From the NCBI RefSeq assembly GCF_006345805.1, contig NC_043024.1, forward strand, positions 992,001 to 1,056,000: DNA of 64,000 nucleotides. The letters run 5' to 3'. The DNA comes from Octopus sinensis. Taxonomy: Eukaryota. How positions within the stretch are numbered: the stretch's first letter is position 1; each line of letters opens with the position of its first letter. This document shows, in pieces, positions 11,734 to 23,433 of the stretch. The notes beneath the pieces were generated by a model. The model saw only the letters and a list, made by a program, of their open reading frames with translations, searched no databases and had not been told where the DNA came from. A program made the position numbers and the translations under genes.

Positions 11734-11940
11734 GTGTGCATGTGTTTGTCCCCCTAGCATTGCTTGACAACCGATGCTGGTGTGTTTACGTCCCTGTCAC
11801 TTAGCGGTTCGGCAAAAGAGACCGATAGAATAAGTACTGGGCTTACAAAGAATAAGTCCCGGGGTCGATTTGCTCGACTAAAGGCGGTGCTCTAGCATGG
11901 CCGCAGTCAAATGACTGAAACAAGTAAAAGAATAAAAGAG
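11533..11940 (+). mobile_element. SINE family A, full length
   Basis: GGCGCAGGAGTGGCTGTGTGGTAAG head, GGTTCAGTCCC, CTTGGGCAAGTGTCTTC, internal (TA)n, tail ...GAAACAAGTAAAAGAATAAAAGAG. Confidence 0.9.
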
Positions 11941-12259
11941 TATATCCATATCCAAATTGAGGGAATGGAGTAGATAAAAATTCAGGCTTTATACATTTAT
12001 TTACTCCATTCTCGAAATTTAGATTTTTGGACTTTTATTCACATAAACAACAATCTCAGCTGCTAACCGTGAACTACAAAATAACCTTTTTTTAGCTTAT
12101 TGAACTTCGATATGGGAAAAATTTACAGCCTTCCACATTAATAAAACCATTTTTGTTCCAGAAAGTTGAGTTTTTTTTCACTTTCTACAGACTGTTTGAA
12201 GCTTACTAACTTCCTACACTTTGATCCTTGGATCTTACCTTTACATACTAATATATAAA

Positions 12260-12450
12260 TAGTTGAAATTTATAGAAAAGCAAAAGACGAAGACAAGTGT
12301 ATGATTGACAAGCAAGTGTATTAGACGCTCGGGAAAAATGAAAAAGTCTTTTACATTTTGAGCCTTTGCTCTTCAACAGAAAGGAATAAGAGAAAATAAA
12401 CAGAGTGAGAATGAAAAAACTTGTAGAGTTCAGCACTCCAGCATGATGAA
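12260..12450 (-). mobile_element. Repeat family G (hammerhead-bearing, Penelope-like non-autonomous), decayed
   Basis: Homologous to 22190-22385; motif CCTTT CTGTTGAA GAGC AAAG GCTC AAAAT GTA AAAG at 12348-12384. Confidence 0.65.
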
Positions 12451-12519
12451 TACACACATATATATATATAGTTTGTCAATGTATTATATATCCAAATAAG
12501 AAGGACACTTTAAAGGCCT

Positions 12520-12710
12520 GAAATTTTTGGGGAGGGGGCCAGTCAATTAGATCAACCCCAGTACACAACTGGTACTTAATTTATCGACCCTGAAAGGATG
12601 AAAGGCAAAGTCAACTTCGGTGGAATTTGAACTCAGAACATAAAGACAGATGAAATACTGCTAAGCATTTCGCCCGGCCTGCTAACGTTTCTGCCAGCTC
12701 ACCGCCTTAG
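12520..12710 (-). mobile_element. SINE family B
   Basis: Reverse complement of family B head and centre. Confidence 0.8.
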
Positions 12711-12748
12711 AGCTGTAAAGTATTAAAGCAATAAAGTTAAAGTCTAGT

Positions 12749-12816
12749 CATAGAGTGACCAAAGGTTTTGTATCCACAAAAGCCGCAGCTTTGTGGACAG
12801 CTCATCAGACACCATA
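12749..12816 (-). ncRNA. Type I hammerhead-like motif, G12 mutated
   Basis: TATGGTGT-CTGATGA-stem II (GCTGTCCACAAAGC/GCTTTTGTGGATAC)-AAAAC-CTTTG-GTC-ACTCTATG. Confidence 0.6.
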
Positions 12817-12859
12817 CAAAGACAAATTTAACTCTTCATCTCTCGGAGACGGAAAGTTG

Positions 12860-12915
12860 TATGGTGTCTGATGAGCTGCAGCTTTTGTGGACGCAAAACC
12901 ATTTGTCACTTTATG
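12860..12915 (+). ncRNA. Inverted second copy of the same hammerhead-like motif, stem II partly deleted
   Basis: TATGGTGT-CTGATGA-GCTGCAGCTTTTGTGGACGC-AAAAC-CATTT-GTC-ACTTTATG. Confidence 0.5.
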
Positions 12916-12935
12916 ACCAGACTTTAACTTCATTG

Positions 12936-12987
<52 letters not shown>

Positions 12988-13243
12988 TACACACTGATGA
13001 TGATGATGAATCTAAAGTAGTTTAGAAACAACAAGTCCTGGTGTTTGTACTTTTGTCAGTTGCTGTAGTGATGGAGGTGTTTATGCGTTGATGGACTTTT
13101 AATTTGAAATGGAAACCGGTTTGCTGAGATTTTGTTTGCTGTCTTGGATGTCCATTGCATCAAGTTATAGCAATAACTGAGCTCTGTGGAATGTCTGAAA
13201 GTTCTATAAATTGAGTCTTTAAAAAAACAATGAAATGATGTAA

Positions 13244-13407
13244 GCACAAGCATGGCTGGGTGGTAAGACTTTTGCTTCCCAATCGCATGGTTTTGGGTTC
13301 AGACCCACTCCACAGCACCTTCGGCAAGTGTCTTCTACTATAGCCTCAGGCCAACCAAAACTTTGTGAGTGGATTTGGTAGATGGAAACTGAAAGAAGCC
13401 TGTTGTA

Positions 13408-13481
<74 letters not shown>

Positions 13482-13715
13482 TATATATACATACATACAT
13501 CATACATACATCCACGTGTGTGTCTTTGTGTCTGTGTTTGTCCCCCACCATCACCTGACAACCCATCTTGATGTGTTTTGTCTCTCTAACTTAGCAGTTC
13601 GGCAAGAGATTGACAGAATAAGTACTAGGGTTAAAAAACGTAAGTCCTGGGGTTGATTTGTCTGATTAAAACCCTTCAAGGAAGTGCCCCAGCATGGCCA
13701 CAGTCAAACAACTGA
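13244..13715 (+). mobile_element. SINE family A with expanded internal (TA)n
   Basis: Homologous to 11533-11940. Confidence 0.85.
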
Positions 13716-14124
13716 ATGAAGTCTACCACACACACAGAGTTGTGTGTGTGTGTTATTGTCTCCTTGGCATCATATGAAACTTATAAACCAGTGCTTACTC
13801 TCATGCATGTGGTGTCCCTTTGGTTCCAATCTTCTGAGACCTGTCTGTTTAGGGGAGACATTGTCTTACTTGGAAATGAGTGAAGGTTGGCAGCAGGAAG
13901 GGCATCCAGCCATAGAACAAAATCCACCTCAAGAAATTTGCTCCAACCCATGTAATCATGAAAGTGAACATTAAAACAACAATGATGATGAGTGTTTGTG
14001 AGTAAAAAGAGAGAATCCAATTCTAATAACACCAGCTTCTCTCGTTCACTACCACCCCTATCTCATTCGCTACCCTATCTTGTTCACTATTCTCTCTATC
14101 AATAATAGGTACAGTAATATAAGC

Positions 14125-14360
14125 TAAGGCGACGAGCTGGCGAAAACGTTAGCACACCGGGCGAAATGCTTAGTGGTATTTCGTCTGCCGTTACGTTTTG
14201 AGTTCAAATTCCGCGGAGGTCAACTTTGCCTTTCATCCTTTCGGGGTCGATAAATTAAGTACCAGTTACACACTGGGGACAATGTAATCGACTTAACCCC
14301 TTTGTCTGTCTTTGTTTGTTCCCTCTGTGTTTAGCCCCTTGTGGGTAATAAAGAAATAAT
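14125..14360 (+). mobile_element. SINE family B
   Basis: GGCGACGAGCTGGCGAAAACGTTAGC head to AATAAAGAAAT end. Confidence 0.88.
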
Positions 14361-14394
14361 ATAAGCTAAGATACATATCCCATTGTGTTATACA

Positions 14395-14660
14395 GTTTAA
14401 TGTCCATTTCCCATGCTGGCATGGGGTGGATGGCTGGACAGGAGGTGGCCAGCCAGGGAGCTGAACAGGCTCCGGTTGTCTGTTATAGCATGGTTTTTAA
14501 GGCTGGATGCCCTTCCTAATGCCAACCACTTAACAGAGTGTACCAGGTGCTTTTTATGTGCCACTGGCATGGATGCATTTACACAGCACTGACACAAGCA
14601 CCTGTAGAAGACAAACCTGTTTGTATGATTTTACTTAGCCTGATGTCTTCTCAGACATTA
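14395..14660 (+). mobile_element. Repeat family E
   Basis: CCCATGCTGGCATGGG and GGATGCCCTTCCTAATGCCAACC motifs. Confidence 0.7.
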
Positions 14661-16634
14661 CTGGTTTGCAGAGTTATGTCAAGCAGCTGCTTTTGCTCGT
14701 GGGATAGACCCAGCTGTCAGCTACATCCATTGTGATGACAAACCAGCTGCCCTGGTCAGAGAAAGTACTTTTCTTCCTCTGTCTGGTGGCCACAGCAAAA
14801 AAAGGTTCTGAGGTGGACGAGGTTGAAGGAACTGAGAACAGACCCTTTCCTCTTTGGCTGATTCCCTCATAGATTTTTTTCAAGTTCCAGTGAAAAGAAT
14901 GACAAGGGTAGGAAGGAACTGTTCTCAAATGAATATATTTAAAAGCAGGTGACTGGCAAAAAAATGCTAACAGTGGATGGGGGTCACTCTAAGCTTCTAG
15001 GTGAAAGAACAACAATTGGAGGGGTTAATTGCTCTTGGTGTTCATGGTAATGTGTGTGTGTGGGACCACTGCTTGACGCCTGGTGTTTGTTTATATTTCA
15101 GCAACCCTGCAACTTAGCAGTTTGACAGCAGGATCAATAGAATAAATACCAGACTTTTAAAAAAAGTAATGGGTTCATTTGTTCAACTATGGCCCTTCAA
15201 GGTGGTGCCCCAGCATGGCCACAATCCAATAACTGAAACAAGTAAAAAGATAAAAGATACCATAAAAACATGAAAGATTGGATTATGTAATCTTGGGTAC
15301 ACACAATGCCTCAAAGTAAAAAAAAAAAAAGATGGAAAGGCCATGTCTGGAACGCCTTTGGCAATAAGATCAGCAGCACCAAGGAGCAAAGAAGTAATTA
15401 ATGGTGGGTAAATGTTAAGAACTTATTATAACGGGTGCCCTGACAAACCATTAAATTTTCTGCAGGACTTCCCCTCAATTTTTAAACAAACCTGGATGTG
15501 AAGTGGGAATGAGAGCCACAACATCTCACAATTCCTCCCGACGAATCATCGGACAAATGCTCAATTTATTTCATCCTTTATTTGTTTCAGTCTTTGGCCA
15601 GCGGCCATGCTGGAACCGCTGCCTTGAAGAATTGAAGTTGAATAAATTGACTACAGTACTTATTCTCTCGATCTATTTTCGCCGAACCGCTAAGTTATGA
15701 GGATGTAAACGAACCAACACTGATTGCCAAGCGGTAGGGACAAGCACACACACACACCACGCATGGAGACTGTACTGAAGATCACATGATCGGGAAACAA
15801 GCTTCTTACCACTGCCACGCCTATTTAGTACGAGGTTTCTCGTTTAGTTTCTTTCTCGTCAGACCCACGAGTAAACACGTCCCCCCATACACTCACACTT
15901 CGAAGCATCGAGGACCATTCTATTTGCCAGAAATCTCCCTCAAATCACACGCTGCCATCATAAAAAAAAAAGAAAGATAGCTTGGGTAATATAGCTGTGA
16001 TTACATGAATGGCCACAACTGGAACTTCTTTGATCATAAATAAGTTAAATTTACTCGATTACGATTGATACGAACTAAAAACAACAGCCGATTTCTCAAC
16101 GAACGGAATCCCCCGTTATGGGACAGATTCCGTTCCCTGATTAAACCATTCCAGGTCACGCCACTCATGTTCTTAATAATATCTCACTCTGAGAAAAGCA
16201 TGAACATTATAACATTCTTCATACGTACCCTTTAAAACCGTCGCATGCAAACCGATATCTATGTAAAATAACGATCATGCTAATAATAAATATAATGGGA
16301 GTCGCAGGAAAAGGTTTGATATCTAACTCTTGGCATTACCATTATTTAATTGAATAAAGAGTTATTTGGCGACTCATTCATTTGGAAGCGAAAGTGCGTT
16401 AATAACCAGTGAAATACTGAGGTTAATTCTGTTAAATTACACTAGATTTCCATCTTCTGTTGTCTATGTTCAACAGTTGAGGAATCGCCCGAGAAAACAT
16501 CTTCCCTCGTGCTTAAGGCGCAAAATAAAATAATAAAATAAATAAAGGCGGAAGGGAAAGTACGAGATGAGGAATGTGGGTGTGGACCGATGTCTAACCT
16601 AGTTGTTATTAAGGTTGACAGGCATCGTTTAGAG

Positions 16635-16953
16635 TAGTGGTTCTCAAATGGGATCCATATAATATTTGGGGGGGGGGCGTGCAACAGAATAGTAAATTAG
16701 GGTATCTGCAAATAGTATTTTAAGGGCCCCTGTAAATATTTTGCCTTAGATGTATGTATTGAAAGAAACAGCTCCAGGCTTCTTTCTCTAACAGAGATCA
16801 ACTTACACAAGTTGATGTGTGAAATATTCAAAAAGGAATTTTGAAAGAAGATTCTATAAAACTAGATTTTAAACACTGAAAGGCTATGAGGGTTCACCAG
16901 AATAAAATAGTAACCAAAGGGATCCATACATAAGAAATGGTTGAGAACCCCGG
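16635..16953. mobile_element. hAT (Charlie-like) MITE
   Basis: Perfect 8-bp TSD GTTTAGAG (16627-16634, 16954-16961); termini TAGTGGTTCTCAA / TTGAGAACCCCGG. Confidence 0.88.
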
Positions 16954-16959
16954 GTTTAG

Positions 16960-17900
16960 AGTGTCGGACAAAAATGTTCAACAGCATTTCTTCCGGCTCT
17001 TTAAGATTCTAGGTTCAAATCTTGCTGAGGTGAACTTTGCTTTTCATTTATTTGTTGGGGAGGGGTCGATAAAATACAGAACCAGTGGAGTTGATGGGAT
17101 CAGCTAACCCCACTTTCAATGTCGAGCCTTGTGTCCCCATATTTGAAATACTATTAATCGTATGAGTCAGTGGAATCGTTAACACACCGGACAAAGTGCT
17201 TAGCGGAATTCCTTCCGGTTTCACGTTCCGAGTTCGAATTCCGTCGAGGTCGACAACTTTACCTTTTATCCATTTGGGATCGGTAAAATAAAGAACCAGT
17301 CGAGCACTGACGCCGATGTAATCCGCTTAACACTCACCCACACTTCTGGTTTTGTACCTACAGAATTCGGGGTCGACAGATTAAGTACCAGTGACACACT
17401 GGGGTTCGATGTAATCGACTATTCCCCTCGCACAAAGTATCAGGCTTTGTTCTTTCAGTAGACAGGACGATGATGATGATTAATATCCTAATTAACGGCT
17501 GCGGAAGCGGCGGAGTCGGTAGAGCAACGGGCAAAAATGTCACAGAGAAGTTAGTTACGTCCCTTTGTGTCCACTTCAGAGTTCAAATCCTGCCGGTGAC
17601 AACGTTGTCTTACATCTTGTCTTGGTGTCCATAAAATAAATACCAGTAAAGTGTTGTGGTCGATTTAATCGAATGCTGTCACACACGGCAGAAATCATTA
17701 CATTGATTATGTGAAAGTGTTTTCTTTTTTTTTTCCATTTCTATTTAAGATCGGGCACTATGTCGGTCAATCAGTTTTTAATTACATCCAAAGTTCAAAT
17801 TTCCACTAAACCCTATCTTTCACCATTTATGGGGGGGAGTCGGTGCAATCACGAACAGAGATCGATCTAAATTAAGTGTTGCCTCGCCCCCAAAATGTGG
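16960..17900 (+). mobile_element. Cluster of about five diverged family-B-related SINE copies
   Basis: Recurring (G/A)GTTC(A/G)AAT B-box and CCTTT..ATC...GGTCG.TAAAATA..ACCAGT domain, all plus strand. Confidence 0.6.
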
Positions 17901-18309
17901 CCTCGTGCCTCTTTGGAAACATTTATGGCTTGTAATAAAATAGGTTATATGTTGTGTGTGAGCTGTTTATGAATTCTTATTAGAAAAGCAAAAGAAAAAA
18001 ACTTTGGTATAAAGTTACTCAAGTATGCCGGCCGCTGCTAGGAATTTTATTATAGAAAAATATAAATGTGTAAAGAGAAATGCGACGATCGAAAACATGT
18101 ACATCTCATTAAATGATAACATGTGTACGGGAGACGAACAGGAAATGATGGACAAGAAAAGAACTCGAACTAGGTTGAATAAAATAATTAGTGCAGACCC
18201 ATAACGTATATATATATATATGTATATATATACACACCACACATAGTTAATATATACTTAGATATAGACATCACAGTACTTAAACACACTAGAAAGCTTT
18301 TATCGTTTC

Positions 18310-18351
<42 letters not shown>

Positions 18352-18491
18352 TATATATTATATATATATATATATATGTGTGGGGGATGCGAGCACGTGT
18401 ATGTGTGTTAATGACTCTACCGTCGTATGATTGTGAAAGAAAAAAAAATGGTGTGGTATGACAGTTTCTTGTTGTATCAAGGTGTAGCGAG

Positions 18492-18902
18492 TGTAACAAG
18501 TCCCGAGCCCCGATGAGAGCGGGTTGGTTAGTAAAACGGTTTATCAGGGTGCATGTGGAGTGTCTAGAAAAATACTCGTGTGTAGCGATTGAGGGGTGGA
18601 TCCTGAAATGTGGTACAATTGTAAGAGACCAGTAACGAAGTTAGCACACTAGTGTCAATGGTGTGACTAGAGATTTAGTAATAGCAGCGTGGTGATGTGT
18701 GACTTAGAAAGGTAAGGAGGAGTGAGAGCCATGGCGTTGGGCGCTCCAGTTTAATATGAAGTAATCTGTGTGTACGTGTGTCACAATATAATAAATATAA
18801 TGTTATAATAATGTGTCTAAGTGGATCATATTTATTTATATATTTACTAATAAAGAATGTCAATTTAATATCCTTTCATGTTATATACTGAGTCAATTTA
18901 CA
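18492..18902 (+). mobile_element. Candidate solo LTR
   Basis: Starts TGTAA, ends TTACA, AATAAA ~50 nt before the end, 411 bp; no TSD found. Confidence 0.35.
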
Positions 18903-19744
18903 TATACACAGACATAGACGTGTGGACACACACACACACATATATGTGTGTGTGTATATGTATATATATACATATATATATTATATAGGTGCGAGGATGT
19001 GATTATGAGGTTTGATTGTGTATATACATACATATATATATATGTGTGTATTACATATATATACTTCACAAACACACGTGCTTTATATACATATATGTAC
19101 ATATATATACACATACACGCACATGTATGTACATATATATTTATATATATTATATACACACATATATATATACATATAAAAGTTGTGTATACTTATTGTG
19201 AGACGCCGAGGTACATAACGTATATATATATACGAAACACTACAATGTGGTCACCATGGTATACAATGTATACACACACACACACACATAGAATATATAC
19301 ACAAACATATATGTGTCTATACACACATATTATACATACATCTACACATATGTAATATATATAAATTATATATATTATATATATATGAATGTACAGTGTG
19401 TATATATGTGAATGTATGGAGACACGAGGCAGCTAAGGAGAAGGACATCGACGACAGAGAGAGAGAGAGAGATTATTTGGTGGGAAGGAAAAGGCCTGGA
19501 CCTCTCGCAACTTACCTCTCGTAACAGTATCGGAAAGCCAGAAAGACGACGGCGACCAGCACTGCCAGAGACATGTCCGCTGCCCTCGGGTAATACACAT
19601 TCTTCTCGTGGCTTTCCAGATCCGTCCACGATGTACCGACAGGTAACCAGAATTTCTCATGCCAGAAAATCTGCAGAATATAATCCGTGTCCATGTTGTT
19701 CACCCTCGCTCGCACACACACACGCGCGCGCCTCGCTCACTCAC

Positions 19745-20900
19745 CGTCGCTCTCTCTCTCGCACCGCCTCTATATCCCTGTCTATCGAGAGCTTCACAGC
19801 TACCACTCTCTCCTGTCTCTCACTCTGTCTCTCTCGCACTGCCTTATACCTCTCTGTCTATCGAGAGATTCACAGCTACCACTCTCTCCTTTCTGTTAGT
19901 CTGTCTCTCCCGCTCTCTCTCTCGCACCGCCTCTATATCCCTGTCTATCGAGAGGTTCACAGCTACCACTCTCTCTGTTCTCTCACTCTGTCTCTTCCGC
20001 TCTCTCTCTCTCTCGCACCGCCTCTATATCCCTGTCTATCGAGATATTCACAGCTACTACTCTCTCCTTTCTGTTAGTCTGTCTATCCCGCTCTCTCTCT
20101 CGCACTGCCTATACCTCTCTGTCTATCGAGGTATTCACAGCTACCACTCTCTCCTGTCTCTCACTCTGTCTCTCTCGCACCGCCTCTATATCTCTGTCTA
20201 TCGAGAGACTCGCAGCTACTACTCTCTCCTTTCTGCTACTCTGTCTCTCCCGCTCTCTCTCTCCCACCGCCTCTATATTTCTGTCTATCGAGATATTCAC
20301 AGCTATCTCTCTCTCCTTTCTCTTACTCTGTCTCTCACTCTGTCTCTCTCGCACTGCCTCTATATCTCTGTCTATCGAGTGATTCACAGCTACCTCTCTC
20401 TCCTTTCTGTTACTCTGTCTCTCCCGCTCTCTCTCTCGCACTGCCTTATAACTCTCTATCTATCTACAGTTATAGCTATTCCCCTCTTCTTTCTATTACT
20501 CTGTCGCTCATTTTGTCTGTCGCACCGCCTATGTCTCTCTAGATAGATAGTTATAACTACTTCTATTTCCTTTCCATTACTGTCACTCTCTCTCTCTCTC
20601 TCCCATTGCATATACTTCTCTATCTATCTAGATAGTTATAACTACTTCTCTCTCTTTTCTATCACTCTCTCCTTCTCTATGTCGCTTACTCTCTCCCTCT
20701 CTCGCACTGCCTATATCTATTTATCTATCTAGTTCTTTATAGCTCTTTCTCTCTCTTTCCTGTCACCCTGTTTCCTTCTCTCCCTCTCTCTCACTACCTA
20801 TATCTATTTATCTAGACACTTACAATTAACCCTCCCTCATTTCTATTACTCTCTCAATTTCTCGCTCTCCTCCTCTTGCACACTGCCTATATCTCTCTAT
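19745..20900. repeat. CT-rich minisatellite, ~60-75-bp unit, conserved 5' copies decaying 3'
   Basis: Core CTCGCACCGCCTCTATATCCCTGTCTATCGAGA..TTCACAGCTACCACTCTCTC repeats about 11 times to ~20440, then degenerates. Confidence 0.92.
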
Positions 20901-20963
20901 CTATCTAGATCTTTCTGGTTACACCTCTCTCCTTTCCATCATTCTCTTTCTTTCGCATTACCC

Positions 20964-20999
<36 letters not shown>

Positions 21000-21406
21000 G
21001 ATGTTTATAATTACCTATCTCTCCTGTCTATCTCTCTGTCTTTCTCTCTCTCTCCTGTCTATCACTATCTCTCTCTCTTTCTCTCTCTCCCTCTCTCTTC
21101 ATACATTAATTTATCAATCATTCTCTCCTACTTCTCTTGTCATGGCTCTCCTCTCTCTCCTGCGATCCATTTGTATTGTAGTTTGTGTCTTTTCTTCCTC
21201 TTCTTATCTTCTCCACACTTCCCCCTTTTTATCAACTTTATCTGTCAAATATCTAAAACTATATTATAAGCTGGTTTCCTCTCCCACTACGCCTCATCAT
21301 GTTGGCTTCCTTTTCTTTCACACTAACACTTTCTTCGTCTGCATTCTTTTGGTTTTATCTTTCTTTTTCTCTCATTCACTTTCACTATTTCTCTCTTTCA
21401 ATCACC

Positions 21407-21464
<58 letters not shown>

Positions 21465-21484
21465 CTATCTATAGATACTAATTA

Positions 21485-21743
21485 TTGATCGAGGTTACCG
21501 TGGTCTTTTCCGTAGGCTTTTCTTTCCACGGATAAACCGTATCTGCTTCCCCCTTTACACTTTACATCATGATATTTCTGTAATACACGATCCCTATTGA
21601 TCGTTTTTTTTCTTTTCTTTCTCTTTTACGATCCCTTTTGATCGAAAACCTACCCCTCTCTTTTTTTCTCCCCGAAAAGAAAAGCTCTACTTTGTAATTT
21701 GTCTCGTCTGTGTGCAGCCCTGTGTGGCTAATAAAGAAACATA

Positions 21744-21795
<52 letters not shown>
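21485..21795 (+). mobile_element. Repeat family F: non-LTR-retroelement-like 3' end with (CT)n(CTAT)n tail
   Basis: Reverse-complement homolog at 63672-64000; ends GCCCTGTGTGGCTAATAAAGAAAC plus microsatellite tail. Confidence 0.7.
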
Positions 21796-22057
21796 CTTTT
21801 TATTTCATTTATTTCACTTCATAGTGGCTGTTGATGCTGCATCCTTAGTTGTTACGTATGATGATGATGGGTGTGTACATATATGTAGGTGCGTGTGTAT
21901 GTATGAATATATGTATGTACCCCCCCCCCCTACAGACACGTGTGTGTGTGTGTAATAAATTCGCATGTTGGCTTATGTCGGACGAATGAGATTGGAGTGC
22001 TCAATACGTGCTGTGGAAGATACGGATTTTTTTTTTTTGAAAGTGAAACTAAGTTTG

Positions 22058-22100
22058 TCTGGAGACTCGAGTTTCACGCGCCTGCGATCTTCAGGCGAGA
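22058..22100 (-). ncRNA. Minimal type I hammerhead-like motif with intact core and GUC triplet
   Basis: TCTCGC-CTGAAGA-TCGC AGGC GCGT-GAAAC-TCGA-GTC-TCCAGA; stem III ACTCGAGT is an 8-nt palindrome; stem I imperfect. Confidence 0.6.
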
Positions 22101-22189
22101 TCACAATGAATGTGATCGTGCATACAGTGTATAAATGTATACACACACACACACACATTGTATGACTGCATGTGTGTGTGTGTGTGTGA

Positions 22190-22378
22190 TGCCATGCTTG
22201 ATCGTTAAATCCACAAGTTTTTTTTTAATTCTCTCTCTGTTTATTTTCTCTTATTCCTTTCTGTTGAAGAGCGTAGACTCGAAACGTAAAAGACTTTCTC
22301 ACTTTCCCGAGTGTCAAGCTAATACACCTGCTTGCTGTCCATATACTTGTCTTCGTCTTTCGTTTTTCTGTAAATTTC

Positions 22379-22385
<7 letters not shown>
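22190..22385 (+). mobile_element. Repeat family G, (TA)n tail
   Basis: Homologous to 12260-12450 and 41560-41750. Confidence 0.7.
22256..22292 (+). ncRNA. Minimal hammerhead-like motif (variant core)
   Basis: CTTT-CTGTTGAA-GAGC GTAG ACTC-GAAAC-GTA-AAAG; loopless ACGT palindromic stem III, stem I CTTT/AAAG. Confidence 0.5.
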
Positions 22386-22467
<82 letters not shown>

Positions 22468-23022
22468 GTATATATATATATTATATATCCTCACACAGAT
22501 TTAGTGTTGACTGTCTGAAAAAAAGCACCAATAATAATATACTTTATTTTGGTTAAGTCAGTCTCATGCTACCCGAGGTTTCGCCTGTGAATGCATAGGA
22601 TCTTCAGGTAAGTCATGAAGAACCTGGGCACCCACAGGTAAAACTCAGAGGAACAAGTGACTAACTGGATCAAATTAAAACATTATATATATATATACAT
22701 GCGTACATATATGTATATAAGTGTATATATGTATGTGTATGTGTGTGTGAGTATGTGTGCGTGTGTGTGTGTGTGTAGTTGATCTTTGGGAGGATGATAC
22801 TGCCAATGTAAACACGCGCTGGTTGTTGCTCACTTCAGTTTTTGCTGTACCTGACTTGAAACTGGGTCAAATACAGTCAGGGTGTGCGTTTATTGGCATC
22901 ATGACTCTGGCAAAGTACATCTTCGGCTTGCAAAGCAAATTCGAAAAATGATGTTAGGTTGTACTACCGCGTATGTACTTGTGTATGTGTATACCCCACT
23001 CATGTATATATGTGTGTGTGTG

Positions 23023-23090
<68 letters not shown>

Positions 23091-23124
23091 ATATATTATA
23101 TCGTATTATATATATCTCGCTAAT

Positions 23125-23335
23125 AAGGCGGCGAGCTGGCAGACACCAGGCGAAATGCTTAGCGGTATTTCGTCTGTCGTTACGTTCTGAGTTCAAGTTC
23201 CGCCGAGGTACTTTCGGGGTCGATAAATAAAGTACCAGTTTCGCACTGGGGATCGATGTAATCGACTTAATCCCTTTGTCTGTCCTTGTTTGTCCCCTCT
23301 ATGTTTAGCCCCTTGTGGGCAATAAAGAAATATAT
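23125..23335 (+). mobile_element. SINE family B
   Basis: GGCGGCGAGCTGGCAGA head to AATAAAGAAAT. Confidence 0.85.
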
Positions 23336-23352
23336 ATTGCCTATAGACAGAC

Positions 23353-23433
<81 letters not shown>

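Noticed and set aside
14670-14890. Open frames on both strands (ELCQAAAFARGIDPAVSYIHCDD...; KKIYEGISQRG...)
   Set aside because: No recognisable homology, no convincing splice-site pair, strand ambiguous.
15897-16045. Apparent first exon ATGCTTCGAAGT|GTGAGT on the minus strand
   Set aside because: Adjoins and overlaps a dispersed repeat (AAATCTCCCTCAAATCACAC type) also seen near 24580, 54520 and 59490; no linked exon 2.
19412-20546. 221-aa and 295-aa ORFs
   Set aside because: Products of the CT-rich minisatellite, which lacks stops by composition.
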